From Fistulifera solaris (taxonomy: Eukaryota): DNA of 64,000 bases. Location: contig AP026152.1 of the NCBI GenBank assembly GCA_030295235.1, positions 186,001 to 250,000 on the forward strand, in the 5' to 3' direction. Below, piece after piece: positions 1 to 15,144 of the stretch (within the stretch, counting starts at the first letter, position 1; every line of letters begins with the position of its first letter). Both the position numbers and the translations under genes were made by a program. Under the pieces are notes generated by a model, which saw nothing but the letters and a program-made list of their open reading frames with translations, was not told where the DNA came from and searched no databases.

Positions 1-1314
<1,314 letters not shown>

Positions 1315-1573
1315 GAGTAGAAACAAAAAAGAATACTTGAACCTTAGCTTCTTTCTCGATGCTCGATTACGGTTGTGTCCGTCAGTCGTCAGTCTTCAGT
1401 CGTCTGTCCTTGACTACGCACCGTGCGTCTTCCACCGTCCAAAAAATAAACCAACGGCATCATCGGCAGACACGCGAAGAAGCGCTCTTCGTTTGCTTCT
1501 TTACTTTTGCAACGGATCGAAAAAGACACAAACGACCAACGAACGTCTCTTTGTTGTTCTTGTGTCGTTCATC

Positions 1574-2876
1574 ATGAAGTTTAGTGCATCCGCTGTAGCC
1601 ACTGCCCTTATATTTGGTGCTACTTCTTCCTTTGCTTTTACACCGATTGCGAATTCGCTGCAATCACGCAGCGCCGTCGTTGTCAACTCATCTTCCTTCA
1701 CTCCCTCTAGCCAGAACAATAACAAAATGCCCATTCGTGCTCCTCCGGCTTTACAAATGTCGTATACGGTCGGTATTGTCGGTGCCACGGGTGCTGTCGG
1801 AAAAGAAATCAAGGATTGTTTGGAGAAACGAAATTTTCCCGTTTCGCAATTGCGCATCTTTGGGAGTGCCCGATCGGCCGGCACGACCGTCCAAACCGAA
1901 AAATATGGCAGTGTGACGGTCGAATTGTTCGATCGGGCCGCGGCCCGTGAATGCGATGTCGTCTTTTTGGCCGTCAGTGGTGATTTTGCCTTGGAACACG
2001 CGAAAGCGTTGGTCGAAGGAGACGATGGTTGTGTCGTGATTGACAATTCGGTGTGTGTGTGTGTGTTGCTGTACGAGTTGATGTGAGTGATTCTTTTCCG
2101 TTCTCATTTACCTTTTATTATTTGAACAGTCCGCATTTCGCTACGAGAAAGACATTCCCTTGGTCGTTCCGGAAATCAACGGCGCCGAAACCAAAAAGTG
2201 CAAATTGATTGCCAATCCCAACTGTACGACCGCCATTGGTCTCATGGCCATTTGGCCGTTGCATCAATTGTATGGCTTGAAGAAGATTATCATGTCAACC
2301 TACCAAGCTTCCTCGGGAGCCGGTCAAGAAGGGATGGATGAATTGCAACAAGGCACTCAAAAGTGGTTGCAAGGCGACAAGGTTGAAAACAAAATCTTTG
2401 CGCATCCATTACCCTTTAACGTCATTCCACAAATTGACAAATTCATGGACAATGGTTATACCAAGGAAGAAATGAAAGTTGCTTGGGAATCGCGTAAGAT
2501 TTGCAGTCTGCCGGACGATTTCCCCGTCAGTTGTTCGGCCGTCCGTATTCCGACCATTCGGGCGCATTCCGAAGTCATCATTGTGGAGACGGAAAAGCCC
2601 GTCAATGTCGAAGAAGCCCGTCGCGTGTTAGCGGAAAGTCCTGGTGTCAAGTTGGTTGATGATCCATCGCAGTTGCAATATCCCATGCCATTGACAGCCA
2701 CGGGACAATACGATATCGAAGTGGGACGGATCCGCAAAAGTTTGATTTTTGGGGATTATGGTTTGGAATTCTTTGTGTGTGGGGATCAATTGTTGCGCGG
2801 AGCGGCCTTGAATGCCGTGTTGGTGGCGGAAGAAATGGCCAACAATGGTTCTTTGAAGGCCAAGGCGAAGGCTTGA
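1574..2876 (+). CDS. asd: Aspartate-semialdehyde dehydrogenase, plastid-targeted; 2 exons (intron 2051-2129)
   Basis: [19 protein letters not shown] joined across a GT-AG intron, [29 protein letters not shown]; signal peptide followed by SSFAFTP. Confidence 0.93.
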
Positions 2877-3296
2877 GATAATTGAATGGAAGAATAAATA
2901 CTACGTAAAATATTTAAAGACTCTATGATAGGAATGGATTCCGAATATGAGGATCTCCAGCTAGAATCGAACTCTTGCCCTCTCTAGCTATTCGGTGTGG
3001 GGATCTACTATCTGCTGGAAAGTGAGTGGACCGGCATTTCTCCTAATAAGACAGATTGTGTTACATAGAGGTACCATAAGTGGCGCGAAAACAAATAGTA
3101 TCGATTAGCTAGTATCAACGGACAAGTTCTACGCCGGCCGTACTTGGTACTTTGAAGCTCATAGCAAGGAACGAATGGCGGATGTTCGATGCGATGAACG
3201 GCGCAGCCATGTTTTTCTCATCGCCATTCTTTACCTCTCCCGTAAAAAAGCAAGGCCAAGGAGAGCAAATAAAAAGTATTGACTATCGTAACAATC

Positions 3297-4979
3297 ATGT
3301 CGGACGTGCTAGAACCGCAATCATTGGCGCAATTGTTGCGTCTGCACGCGGAAGATCCAGCACTCGTCAGCGCAAAGAAGACGCAATTTTATGGATGGGT
3401 CCGTCGCACACGCGTCGGTGGTGGAGGAACGATTGTCTTTTGGATGTCTACGATGGAACGGCGGTCGGCAATTTGAATTGCCTGGCGTCGGAACAGGATT
3501 ATGCTCTTATTAGTGAAGACGAATCCGAGTCATTTCGTGCGTTAACGTTTGCACAATTGTCGCAAATTGAACATTTGAGTATGGGATGTGCCGTTGTTGT
3601 GGAAGGCACTTTAGTGTTGAGTCCCCCGACGGCCACACAAGCCTTTGAATTGAATGTGCGTACGGTCCGATTGATTGGAGCCGTCGAAGATCCCATCAAC
3701 TATCCCCTCCAAAAAGGAACGGAAAAGAAAATGACCGCGTTGCGGCAATTGCCCTTCTTGCGCTTTCGGGCGCAAGTCATGCAATGCATTTTTCGGGTTC
3801 GCTCCAAATTGAATTTGGCCGTGCATCAATTCATGGATATGGAAGATGTCATTCAGACCGATCCCAATATTATGACCATCAGTGATTGTGAAGGGGCGGG
3901 AGAAACCTTCACGGTATCACCCAGTATGTTTTCGAAACATGCCGTTACGGGCGAAGACATTCCCGTCGGATTGACCGTATCGAGTCAATTGCCCTTAGAG
4001 GCGACCATTTTGGGATTCAAACAAGTGTATACCTGTCAGAAATCCTTTCGAGCCGAAAAGTCGGATACGAACAAACATTTGGCCGAATTCTTGCACGTCG
4101 AATACGAAGCCGCTTTCATTACATTGGAAGATTTGTTGCAACAAGCGGAACGCTTTGTGAAGTACGTCATTCGGTACGGTTTCGAACGTTGTGCGGCCGA
4201 CTTTGATTGGTTGGAAAGTAAATTCCGTCCGACGGATGTCACGCCGACGCGGGCCTTGTTGATGGAAGCCCTCGACAAACCCTTTGTCCGCATCAAACAT
4301 CGGGAAGCGGTCGATTTGATTCAACAATTGCTCAAAGACAAGACGGAATTGCCGGGAGACGATGGAAAACTCAAACGTGTCAAAGTCAAGAAATTTCCAT
4401 CGCACGACGAAGATTTGGGTTCGGAACATGAAAAGTTACTCGTCACGTACTTTGGATATCAAGCCATTCCGGAAGAGCAACGCGCCGAATGGTTGGCGCA
4501 GGGCAAAGAAGTTGGTGCCTTTGTCTTTGTTTCGCACTGGCCTCTCAAAATCAAATCGTTTTATATGAAACAGTGCGATGATGGCAGTGGGGAATGTGAA
4601 TCCTTTGATTTGTTGTGTCCCCGGGTCGGAGAACTCTTTGGTGGTTCCATGCGTGAATATCGTTACGAGAAATTGCAGTCCGAAATTGAACGGCGGGCCA
4701 TGGATGTGTCGCCCATTCAGTGGTATTTGGATTTGCGCAAAAGTGGTTCGCAACCGCACGGTGGTTGGGGTGAGTTTCGTTTTGAATTTGCTGAGCTGTT
4801 TGTTTTGTTTGTGATTTTTGTTGGATGTGCACGGCTGAGTGAAACGAATTAACTAACTGACGCTGTTTTCGTTGTTGGCAGGTATGGGCTTTGATCGATT
4901 GGTCATGTTGGTGTGTGGGGTCCAGTCGGTTCGTGATGTCGTGCCGTTCCCGGTGTATTACACGCATTGTCCGTATTAA
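3297..4979 (+). CDS. Asparaginyl-tRNA synthetase; 1-nt indel near 3438-3441; intron 4770-4881
   Basis: OB-fold GWVRRTRVGGGGTIVF|LDVYDGT is restored by adding one T; SDCEGAGETF, SFRAEKS..KHLAEF, GELFGGSMRE, PHGGWG|MGFDRL..VRDVVPFP. Confidence 0.9.
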
Positions 4980-5139
4980 CCAAGCAAGAGATGAATCAAT
5001 AAAGGAAAGGAAGAATTATGGATATTTTAAAAACAAGAGTTGGGTGATAATGAAGGATAAGTCTAGCTTGTTGCTTTATTGACGTTTAGACTACAATAAG
5101 AACCACGTAAAGTTATCGACGGCTCATCGTTTATAGGTT

Positions 5140-7170
5140 TCACCCCCACGCTTCGACACTGAACAATCCAGACGCTTGTTGTTGCGCCAAGAATCGTTGA
5201 ACTTGCTTCTCGTCCCCCAAAACTGCCACGAGGCTTTCCGCGAGTACTTCCTTGACGGCCTTGGCCATTCTCGGACTACCCGCCACGTAGATAGCCCCAT
5301 CTTGGTGCAACACATGTTGCGAGAGCAATTGGTGTTCACGTTCGGCCTTTGTAGTACTTGTTGTACGTATACTTTGTGCCATTGATCGCGACTAAATGCC
5401 GTCAACTGCTTCCAACTCGGGCCACCATTCATTTTTGTAATAGTAATCACAAGACTCTTTGCGACAACCAAACACTAGAATGTCGTTTTGGCAACCCAGG
5501 GCACGACGCTCCCGTAACAGACCTCGCAAAGGAGCGATGCCTGTCCCTGCACCAATACAAAGAACAGGACGTGGGCCGTTTAACGGAAGTTGATGAAAGC
5601 TACCGGGACGAATCCATAGACGCACTATACTCCCTGGTCGGCTCAATGTCGACAAATAATCCGAACACAGTCCATGATAATTCCGACCCAGCGGAGTTGT
5701 CCCTTGAACACGAGCAACACATAATTCGATGGCCGACTCTTCTTTCTGCCATTCTTCGGTAGGAGAACCGGCAATGCTAAATTCGCGAGGTCGAATGGGA
5801 GACAGCAATGCCAACAACGCCTCCAACGTCAACAACGAACCAGGCGCTCGCAAGGAATCAAAATCATAAATCACATCCGCCCAACTCCTCTTTTCTCTCA
5901 AGCAGAAATCCGCATAGAGGGAAGATCCACGCGTTTCACTCAACGAAAGCAATTTGTCCCGCTGTTCCGCTCCCAAGGGATGCTCCAACGAACAGTACAA
6001 ACTCAATGCGCGTAAATCTTCACGTTCGGGTATGGCATGAATATCCGCACAGTAGGTCAACCAACCCCGTAAGGTGCAATGGTTCGGCCAATGGGGATAG
6101 GAAATACCAATCGTCGCCACCGTCTGGTCGGTAGCATCCAGAGCGATATCGAGCTCGACATCGGCAACTTCTTGAATGGAGTTGGGGAGGACTCGCACGA
6201 AACGATCGACTTCTTTGACCGAATTACTCGGTAAGATACAAGCAATATCCCCCGCTTGATACGGCAGTGCCAACAAACTCCATTCTTTTGGTTTGGGAAA
6301 GGAAGGTACGTGGAACCGAATGTGCCGCGTATCTTGTTCTCCCGTTGTCAATCGTACATTGCTTTCTACAAAGGCCACCAGTGGTCGTGTCTGTTCATGA
6401 ACAAGTGTTCGTTCCCCGTTGTCGTAACTGTAACTCATCCTGGGACTGACGCTGTGAAAAAAGGATTGATACGACTCTCGAAAGATTTCGTGTTGCCATT
6501 CCTCGTCGGGCTGTTCCGTGCCGTTCCCTTTTTTCGACTCGAGCCCTGTCGTTGACGAAAGCAACGACAGTCGATACGGATTGTGTCCTATTTCGGGTGC
6601 ACTGGTTGTTCGCTTTGTGGCGAATTGTTTCAATAAGACGTGTTCGAGCCACACATCCAAATCGGCCCAGACACCCCCATTGGGTGTCCCATCGTCGCCA
6701 TATCCGGCCTCACATTGCAACACCGCGCCCAATTGCAACAGTCGAACCGCCCATTTCCGTCCCGCGGCACAAAACAACGGTCCGTACGCTCGATCTCCCA
6801 AATTAAAGATGCAAAAGGGAATGTTTTGCAAGAAAGTGGAGGGTAAGGATGTTTGAAGACTGCGAGAAAGTGTCAGACGATAACCGAAATATGCCAACGG
6901 TTTATAGCAAGACTCGCAATAGAACGTACAGCAACGACCACGTCTGACGAATGGTATCCGTCTGTTCTCCTTCTCCCGTGGTACTGATGAAAAGACAAAC
7001 AATGTATCCTTTACAGTCAGTCGTTGCAAATCCCCCTGCACATAATCATCGACGGAACTTGTCTGTAAGACGGTCACGTAATCTTCTAACAGTCGAGCGG
7101 CACGACGCGCACACGCCCGAGCTCGTCCCGATTGGGTCGAATACAGAATAATACACGACGATGGGATCAT
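5140..7170 (-). CDS. NDOR1: NADPH-dependent diflavin oxidoreductase 1 (Tah18-like); intron 6929-6860; three apparent indels (~6990, ~5420, ~5345)
   Basis: Flavodoxin LYSTQSGRA and ISTTGEGE (after frame repair), RLLQLGA, PREFSIA, IGAGTGIAPLRG, FGCR, TAFSRDQ..KVYVQ, YVAGS, C-terminal EAWG. Confidence 0.85.
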
Positions 7171-7615
7171 GGTGGTCGAATGTGTTGCGTATAGAACGAA
7201 AGAGGAAAAGGAAAAATAAGAAAAAGGCGAGGGGCAAAACTTTTTTCGTTTCTCTTCGGCATCCGACGGACGAGTGCAAGACGCTGCAAATGGACCGCAC
7301 CGGCACGACGCGCGTGCAGTAAGAATCCTACGAAATTTTACTGCGGCCGAAAGTAACACTTGCTTTACTTAGAGTCACAAATGTCGCAGTTGTTTAAGTA
7401 AACTTTCTATCTTCTAATAATTCTGTATACTTCTATAAGGGTAACTCCTATCGAGGGTGGCGCGCCTTCCCCATCTTTTCCACACATCACCGTTTTGTCA
7501 ACCCCACAATCCTTTTTCAATCAACAACAAGGATCTTTCACAAGAAAAAGGAGACAAAGACAAATCATTGATTGTCATTCCTTCAACAAGCAAGTCAATA
7601 ACAACACAAAGCATC

Positions 7616-10600
7616 ATGAGCAGCAGTGACGAAGAAATGTACGATTCGGACGTGGAAAACGTGAAGCCCGTCACGAAGAAGAATCCCGCCGGCAAAGCCA
7701 AGACGGTCGAAGAGATTTATCAGAAAAAGACGCAATTGGAGCACATTCTTGCTCGTCCCGATACTTACAGTACGTACAAATCGTATGCAAGAGTATGTCG
7801 AAACAAAACAGCACACTCACTCTTCTCAACACACAGTCGGATCGACGGAACCGCAAACACAGACCATGTACGTGTTGCAGGGTGAACGCATTGTCGAACG
7901 CGACATTACCTACACACCGGGATTGTATAAAATCTTTGATGAAATTGTGGTGAACGCCGCCGATAACAAACAGCGCGACCCGAACATGGACCGCATGGAC
8001 ATTACGATTGATGCCGACGCCAATCAATTGTCGGTCCTCAACAACGGAGCGGGAATCCCGATTGTCATGCACAAAGAACACAATTGTTACGTTCCGACTC
8101 TTATTTTCGGTCACCTTTTGACGGGATCGAACTTTGATGATGATGAGAAAAAGACGACGGGAGGACGGAACGGGTACGGAGCCAAATTGGCCAATGTCTT
8201 TAGTACACAGTTCATCGTCGAGTGTGCGCATGTCGAGACGGGATTGTATTTCCGTCAAGTCTTTCGGAACAATATGAGTCAAGCGGAAACACCAACCGTC
8301 CAGAAATTGAGCAAGGCACAGGAAAAGCAGGGCGATTTTGTCAAAATTACCTTTTCACCCGACCTGGCCAAGTTCAAAATGACGCACCTCGATGCCGATA
8401 CCGTGGGTTTGTTCGCCAAGCGCGCCTACGATATTGCCGGTGCCATGTCGAGTGCGCACGGCAAGAAACTCAATGTTTCGTTGAATGGAAACAAGCTCGC
8501 CATTAAGAACTTCAAGGATTATCTGGATGCGTTTGATGGGATTGAAAAGCCCGTGGCGTACGAAAAGAATGAACGCTGGGAAGTCGGTGTCGGACCCTCG
8601 CCCGATCAAACCCCCAAACAAATTTCGTTTGTCAACTCGATTTGTACCTCGAAAGGTGGTCAGCATGTTTCGTACATTGCCGATCAAGTCGCCGCGCATT
8701 TGCAAAAAGTCCTCAAAAAGAAAAACAAGGGCACCGAGTTCAAGCCGGCACAAATCAAGAACAACATGATGATCTTTGTCAATTGTTTGATTGAGAATCC
8801 GGCGTTTGACAGTCAGACGAAGGAATTTATGACGACACGCCCGAAACAATTTGGCTCGGAATTCAAAGTATCGGAAAAGTTCTTGAAGGCCGTCGAAAAG
8901 AGTGAAATCGTGGACATGATCTTGATTCAAAATGAAAAGAAGGAAGCCGTCAAATTGAAGCGCAAGGGTGGTGTCAAGAAGAGCAAATTGACGGGCATTC
9001 CCAAATTGGACGATGCCAACCACGCGGGGACGGCCAAATCGAGGGATTGTACGCTCATTATTACCGAAGGTGACTCGGCCAAGTCGCTGGCCATGTCGGG
9101 CCTTTCGGTGGTGGGACGCGACTATTATGGAGTCTTTCCGTTGCGCGGGAAATTGTTGAATGTCCGCGATGTGACCAAAACTGTGGTCGGCAAGAATGTG
9201 GAAATTCAACACCTCGTGGATATTTTGGGTCTCAAGTACGAAACCGTGTACGACGAGAACAGCATCAAGACGCTCCGTTACGGACACCTTATGATCATGA
9301 CGGATCAGGATGTGGATGGATCGCATATCAAGGGTCTGGTCATTAACTTTATTCACAGTACGTAGTTGTTTCAATTGTGTTAAATGTGTTGGCGGGCGTC
9401 CTATACTCACTCTTTTCTTTCTTACAGAGTTCTGGCCGAGTTTGCTCAACATTCCGGGGTTCTTGCAGCAATTCATTACACCGATTGTCAAAGTCTCCAA
9501 GGGAAAGAAATCGCAGGCGTTCTACAACTTGCGAGAATACGAGAATTGGATGAAAGCGACGGGCAACAATGGCAAAGGATACACCATCAAGTACTACAAA
9601 GGTCTTGGGACATCTACCAGCGCGGAAGCCAAAGAGTATTTCTCGAATCTGCCGCAGCACAAAATTTGGTTCCAAGAAATGAAGAACGACGAGGGCATAG
9701 ACGATGACGCGATGGAAGATATCGTGCCCGATGTCCTACGCTCCAGTGGCTCCGATCTGATTGACATGGTCTTCCGTAAGGATCGTGTCGAAGAACGCAA
9801 GACGTGGTTGATGGCGGTCGACCGTGAATCCTACTTGGACTTCTCCGTGGCATCAAACAAGGGTGGTGTCAAATACTCGGAATTCATCAACAAGGAATAT
9901 TGTCACTTTTCTTTGTACGACAATGAGCGTTCCATTCCTTGTCTCGTGGACGGATTCAAGCCTTCGCAACGCAAGGTCTTGTATGCATGTTTCAAGCGTA
10001 AGCTGAAAGGTGAAGTCAAAGTGGCTCAGCTGACTGGTTACATTGCCGAGCATTCCGCGTATCACCACGGTGAAGCATCTTTACAGGGAACGATCGTGAA
10101 CATGGCTCAGGATTTTGTCGGGTCCAACAATATCAACTTGTTGACGCCAGCGGGTCAATTCGGTACGCGCTTGATGGGAGGAAAGGATGCTGCCTCGCCT
10201 CGTTACATCTTCACGCGACTTGAGCCGATTACACGCACCATTTTCCATCCCGACGACGATGAGTTGCTCAACTACCGTTTGGACGATGGCATGACGATCG
10301 AACCGGACTTTTACGTTCCTGTCATTCCCATGGTTCTCGTGAACGGTGCGGATGGTATTGGAACTGGCTGGTCCACAAATGTTGCGAACTACAATCCCCG
10401 TGATATCATCGACAATCTTCGCCGATACATTGCCGGGGAGGAAATGGAAGAGATGGCTCCCTTCTACAGCGGCTTTTCTGGAGAGGTAAGTGATCGCCGT
10501 ATCGGAAGGACCTCAACTGACGATCTCTATTCAACCTGACCATTGCTTTTTGATTGTCGGACAATCAGATTGCTCCAAAGGGAACCAACGGCTATGAAGT

Positions 10601-12253
10601 CCGAGGCAAGGTTGAACGCATCGACGATACTACGATCTTGATCACTGAGTTGCCGGTAAAGAAATGGACCCAAGACTATAAGGTGTTTGTCGAAGGATTG
10701 CTCACAGGGGACGGAAAGACGCCCGCCGAGATCAAGGACTTCCGAGAAAACCACACCGACACGACTGTCTCGTTCACTATCATTGCCGAGAAGGCTACGA
10801 TTGACAAGTGGGAGTCTGAGAAAGGCGGCTTAATGAACAAGTTCAAGCTTACGGCAAGCCTTTCTACAAATAACATGAATCTGTTCGACGAAACTGGCAA
10901 AATCACCAAGTACGAAAGTCCTCTGAGTATCATGCGTGCGTTTGTGCCCATCCGCCTCGAGTACTATGAGAAGCGAAAGGAAAATCTCGTGAGCAAGCTC
11001 GAAGAAGAGCGAAGATCCTTTCGAACAAAGCACGATTTGTGGAGGAAGTGTGCTCTGGTAAGCTTGTTGTCAGCAACCGCAAGCGCAACGACATTCTCAA
11101 CAACTTGAAGGCAAGCGGATACGACTTGGTCTTGAAGCACGCTGCACCAAAGGACGATGAGGATTCTCAAGATGAAGAGGTCGAGGAAGAATCCACTGTC
11201 GGTGAATTGGCCAAAGGCTACGAATATCTCTTGGGAATGAAGATTTGGAGTTTGACCTATGAAAAGGCTATGGCATTGCGGGCTCAACTTGCTGAAAAGA
11301 CCCAGGAACTTGAAATTTTGAAGGAAACCGCACCGGCTCAGATCTGGTTGAACGACCTCGACGCCATTGAAGCCGCCCTTGACGAACGCGATGGAGAGAT
11401 CAGCAAGGCGTTAGCCACGGAAAAGAAAGCGCAACAGAAAAGCCGACAGATTCAAGCGAAGGCTGTGAAGAAGTCGGCTGCGAAAGCCAAGGGCCGCTCC
11501 AAGAAGAATGAATGGGATTCGGATATGGAAAGTTCGGATGAAGAAGTCGCTGAGTCCGACTCCGATGTCGAGATGGTGCAGCCAAAGAAGCCTTTCAAGC
11601 CGGTCACAGTTGCAAAGAAACCAGCTGCTTCATTGAAGCAAACGAAAATCTCAGCCGCGCTTCTTTCGAAGCCGTCAGCGCCGTTGCAAAAGCCTGTTTC
11701 AGTTGCCACTGAACCCAAGAAGATCGACATTGACGACGATAGCGATGACGACTTTGTAACACTTTCTCTGGCAGAGCGCATGGCAAAGAAGCTCACCGTC
11801 TCTCCACCAAAAAAGCCCAGTGCGTCCGCTCAACTGAAAGTTGTGACGAAGCCTTCGGTGCTTGAAGTCGAGAAGGAGGACACCGAGCCAGATAGTCCCC
11901 TTGCTTACCTTGATCATATGAAACAACGTCCTTCGGTCCCAAAGATTACCAAGGTGGTGCAAGTTTCCAAGAAGCAAGAGACTGCATTGAAGCCACACAA
12001 CCGCCCGACAAAAAACGCTGTACCGGCGAAAAAGCCTGCCGTCACCAAGAAAGCTGCTCCGCCCAAACGCAAGATTGTCGAGAGTGATTCGGAATCGGAA
12101 GATGATTTTGCCTTTGATGAATCGGACGAGGAAGTTGTCGTGGAAAAAGTGAAGGCGGCACCGGCGGCCCGCAACCGTCGGGCTCGTGCGGCGGTGACTT
12201 ATCAGGTCGACAGCGATGATGATGATGATGATGATGATGCTAGTTTTGCGTAG
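7616..12253 (+). CDS. TOP2: DNA topoisomerase II; introns 7770-7836, 9358-9427, 10486-10568; 1-nt indel near 11012
   Basis: RPDTY|IGS, KIFDEIVVNAADN, GGRNGYGAKL, TEGDSAK, PLRGK, IMTDQDVDGSHIKGL, YYKGLGTS, AASPRYIFT, acidic/basic C-terminal tail. Confidence 0.97.
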
Positions 12254-12575
12254 ACGATTCGGTAATAGTTCAATTTAGTTTTTACTTTGTGACTAGTACA
12301 CGAGCTTAGCGATTGTAGCCTTAGCGATAGCGGAGAAGCGGAACGAATGCCTGCTGACGTCAAAGTCACGCACAGCTTCTCCACTCTTCACGATTGGTTA
12401 TGGTTCGTACCGGTACTCTTTTATACAGCCACGACGATACAGCAGACAGAAGCATCATCATCATCATTACGCCGCTGCTGCTTTCGCCTTTCGCTGCAGT
12501 GCATCACCACAAGATTGCTAAAAACAGCAACAACAACTCGTTTATAACCTTTCCGAATCACTTTTACATTTAACA

Positions 12576-13174
12576 ATGGCTGTAAGTGCATTTGAATGAT
12601 GTGCGTGGCTGTACGACAAGGCGCAGCGGAATCGCGGCAACTTGAATTTGTATCATCGGCATTCGTGCACATCCGTTACATTTGTTAGCCTTACCTTTTG
12701 CTGATCCTGCGCAACTGTCTCATCTAACTTTCTCTTTCTTTCTTGTAGCGTTCTCGTCGTGGAGGAAGCAGTGGCATGAGCCGTTCGGCGGCTCCTAGTC
12801 GTCCGGCGTATTCCAAGCCCGCAACAACTCCAGCTCCGGCTCCTTCTTCGGTCCCCGCTCCCATGCAACCAAGCAGTGGCGGTGGCATGCTTTCGGGCAT
12901 CGGTAGCACCATTGCCCAAGGTATGGCGTTTGGTACCGGTTCCGCGATTGCCCACCGTGCCGTCGGTGCGGTCGCGGGCAGTTTCGGTGGCGGCAGCAAT
13001 GAAGTCGCCGCCGCGGTCGAGCAACCGATGCAGCAGCAGCAAGGAGGTGTGTGCGCCATGGACAAGCAAATGTTCTTTGATTGTTTGCAGCAAAACAAGG
13101 GTGATCAAGAGTCGTGCCGTTTCTTGTACGATCAACTTCAGCAGTGCCAACAAAATCAGACGCAATTTGGTTAA
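12576..13174 (+). CDS. CHCHD2: Mitochondrial CHCHD2/CHCHD10 (Mix17)-like protein; 6-nt first coding exon, intron 12582-12748
   Basis: ATG GCT|gtaagt...ttgtag|CGT TCT CGT is in frame; AQGMAFGTGSAIAHRAVG segment and twin CX9C motif. Confidence 0.85.
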
Positions 13175-13340
13175 GAAAGGAGTTGTGACTGCGTAGTCGT
13201 AGTCGTAGTAGTAGTAGAGAGACCCATTATTATTTTAGGATGAGAAGGATGAATGTGTTGAACATTATTTAGTTGCCAATCATATTGTTTTGAATATGGC
13301 ACCCCAATATAGAAGAACCAAAATTGCTATTTCGTTATGA

Positions 13341-14212
13341 TTACATGGCAAACATGCGCATACTCGTTCGTTTTACAGGCAAAATCGATCTGAGTTCCGG
13401 ATCCCGCGTCGGATCAATCGAGTTCCGCCTGGCTCGATTCACCTCCTCATGTATTTCTGGGTGCCTTCGTTCCCCAAAATACCGCGCCAAATAGTCATCA
13501 TACAATTGGTAGCATATTTCTTTGGGCCCTGGACCAAATTGCCCCGGATGCGCTTGCCGCAAGATATGGACTTCATATGCCAACCAGGCTCCCGCCATTC
13601 CCGCTGCTCCAAAACTGGCCGCAAAAAAGACATTGGTCCAAATATTTCCTGGAAAAGTATTTTGTTGTGTAAAGGAATGATAGATGATGCGTGTGATTTG
13701 ATTCGCGAATTGCGTCGCGCAATTCAATAACAACAAGAGAATGATCCCCAATCGTTTTAAGAGAGGAATATGAAACCAGGCGTCGTTTTTGACAGGAATT
13801 CCGTACAAATCGTAGCCGACGGCGTTGTTGCGGTGGGGACAACTGGCGCCCGTAATGTGCAAAAATGCGTCGATCGCCACGGCATCGACACCAGAGCCAT
13901 GTACGTGAATAAGACATTGAGGATTTGTATAGATGCATTGTACCACCAATTGCGTGGTTCACAATCCATACGGGGTCGACATATGCCGTGCCAACCCACT
14001 AACAGGAAGAAAAAGAAGGCGCCGTCAATAATGACCAAGAAAATGACCACAATACCCAGGATTTGAAAGAAGGGATGATCCAAATGTCGTAAGAGGGCAT
14101 CACGGAATTGTTCACCGCGTGATACCGGAGGAATGAGTTGATTGAAGGATTCGTCGTCCTGCGAAACGATTTCGGAGGAGAGTGTTTCGGGTTCTTCGGG
14201 TGGTTGTGTCAT
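13341..14212 (-). CDS. Multi-pass membrane protein, DUF2985-like; 1-nt indel near 13862
   Basis: ASIQILNVLFTYMALVSMPWR resembles the DUF2985 QILNALF..PWR motif; two overlapping hydrophobic ORFs join with one added T. Confidence 0.6.
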
Positions 14213-15144
14213 GATACGTTTAATTTCCGTCAAGAGAAAGACTTGTAAGACAAGGCTAGTAGACGCAGCTAATGCCGTTGCGCTAAAAAGCGATAGAGAG
14301 TCAAAGCTTTGTCCAGGACCCAGGACACTATTAGGTTCGCTGGAATAGAATAACAACATGCAATTTCTGCTGCAACACTACAATAAAATAATGTCATTGT
14401 CATACGAAATACGAAATAGCGCGATGTTCGAAAATCGAGAACCTGGGAAAGCGACCCGGAGGCAAAACCCGGTGAGACGCGACTTGATAATACCTCTGGC
14501 AATTACGTATTACGTATCATAATTTTTTTAATTTTCTGTTCATTAATAACATGTACAATACAGTAAAAAATATCTATTTCCAATTAGTTCGCTGATATTA
14601 TTCTCTTTCTTTTTTGTTTTTATACGATGAGCAATAATTTATTTGTCAAAACTGCTCCATTTTCTGGTCATTCGATGAACCTGTCGTTTGTCGTTTTTCT
14701 GTTAATCGCATAAAAAAATGGTCTTAACGGATTTATGTGTGTCTTCCTACTATAAGCGTTGGATGTACTAACTTCCTAATGGGATTTAGCCTATGAGTTT
14801 ACTATTTGTATGAATGTAGGAACTTTCTCAGAAATGTCTCTGTGACCCACTGGAGACAGGGAAGATAGGAGGAAGGAAACAATTTTATGACCAGAGGGCC
14901 GAATTTTGGGATACTCGAAGTACACATCAGTTTCCGACTACACCTACAGAAGAACAAGAAGGATTATTATCAAAATGACCCACGCCCCCTTTTTACGTTC
15001 AACCACCGATTAAACGTCTAAAATGCCTCGCGAAACGGACGCCATAAGGCGGCGCGGAAAAAAAGAGCGTTGAACGATTGCAACAACCACAAACCATCAA
15101 AGATAGAGCGTTTTCTGTTATTCTTTTTAATTTCTCTTTCAAAC

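Noticed and set aside
8355..9500. Long antisense ORFs (381 aa opposite TOP2, 296 aa at 32475-33365, 199 aa opposite clpS)
   Set aside because: Shadows of real genes on the other strand, with no recognisable motifs
12214..12240. (GAT)n run, plus (GT)n at 2051 and (TAG)n near 13200
   Set aside because: Ordinary microsatellites or poly-Asp coding sequence
7616..12253. TOP2, AsnRS and NDOR1 as pseudogenes
   Set aside because: Only isolated 1-nt indels with intact motifs on both sides in essential genes; assembly error is far more likely
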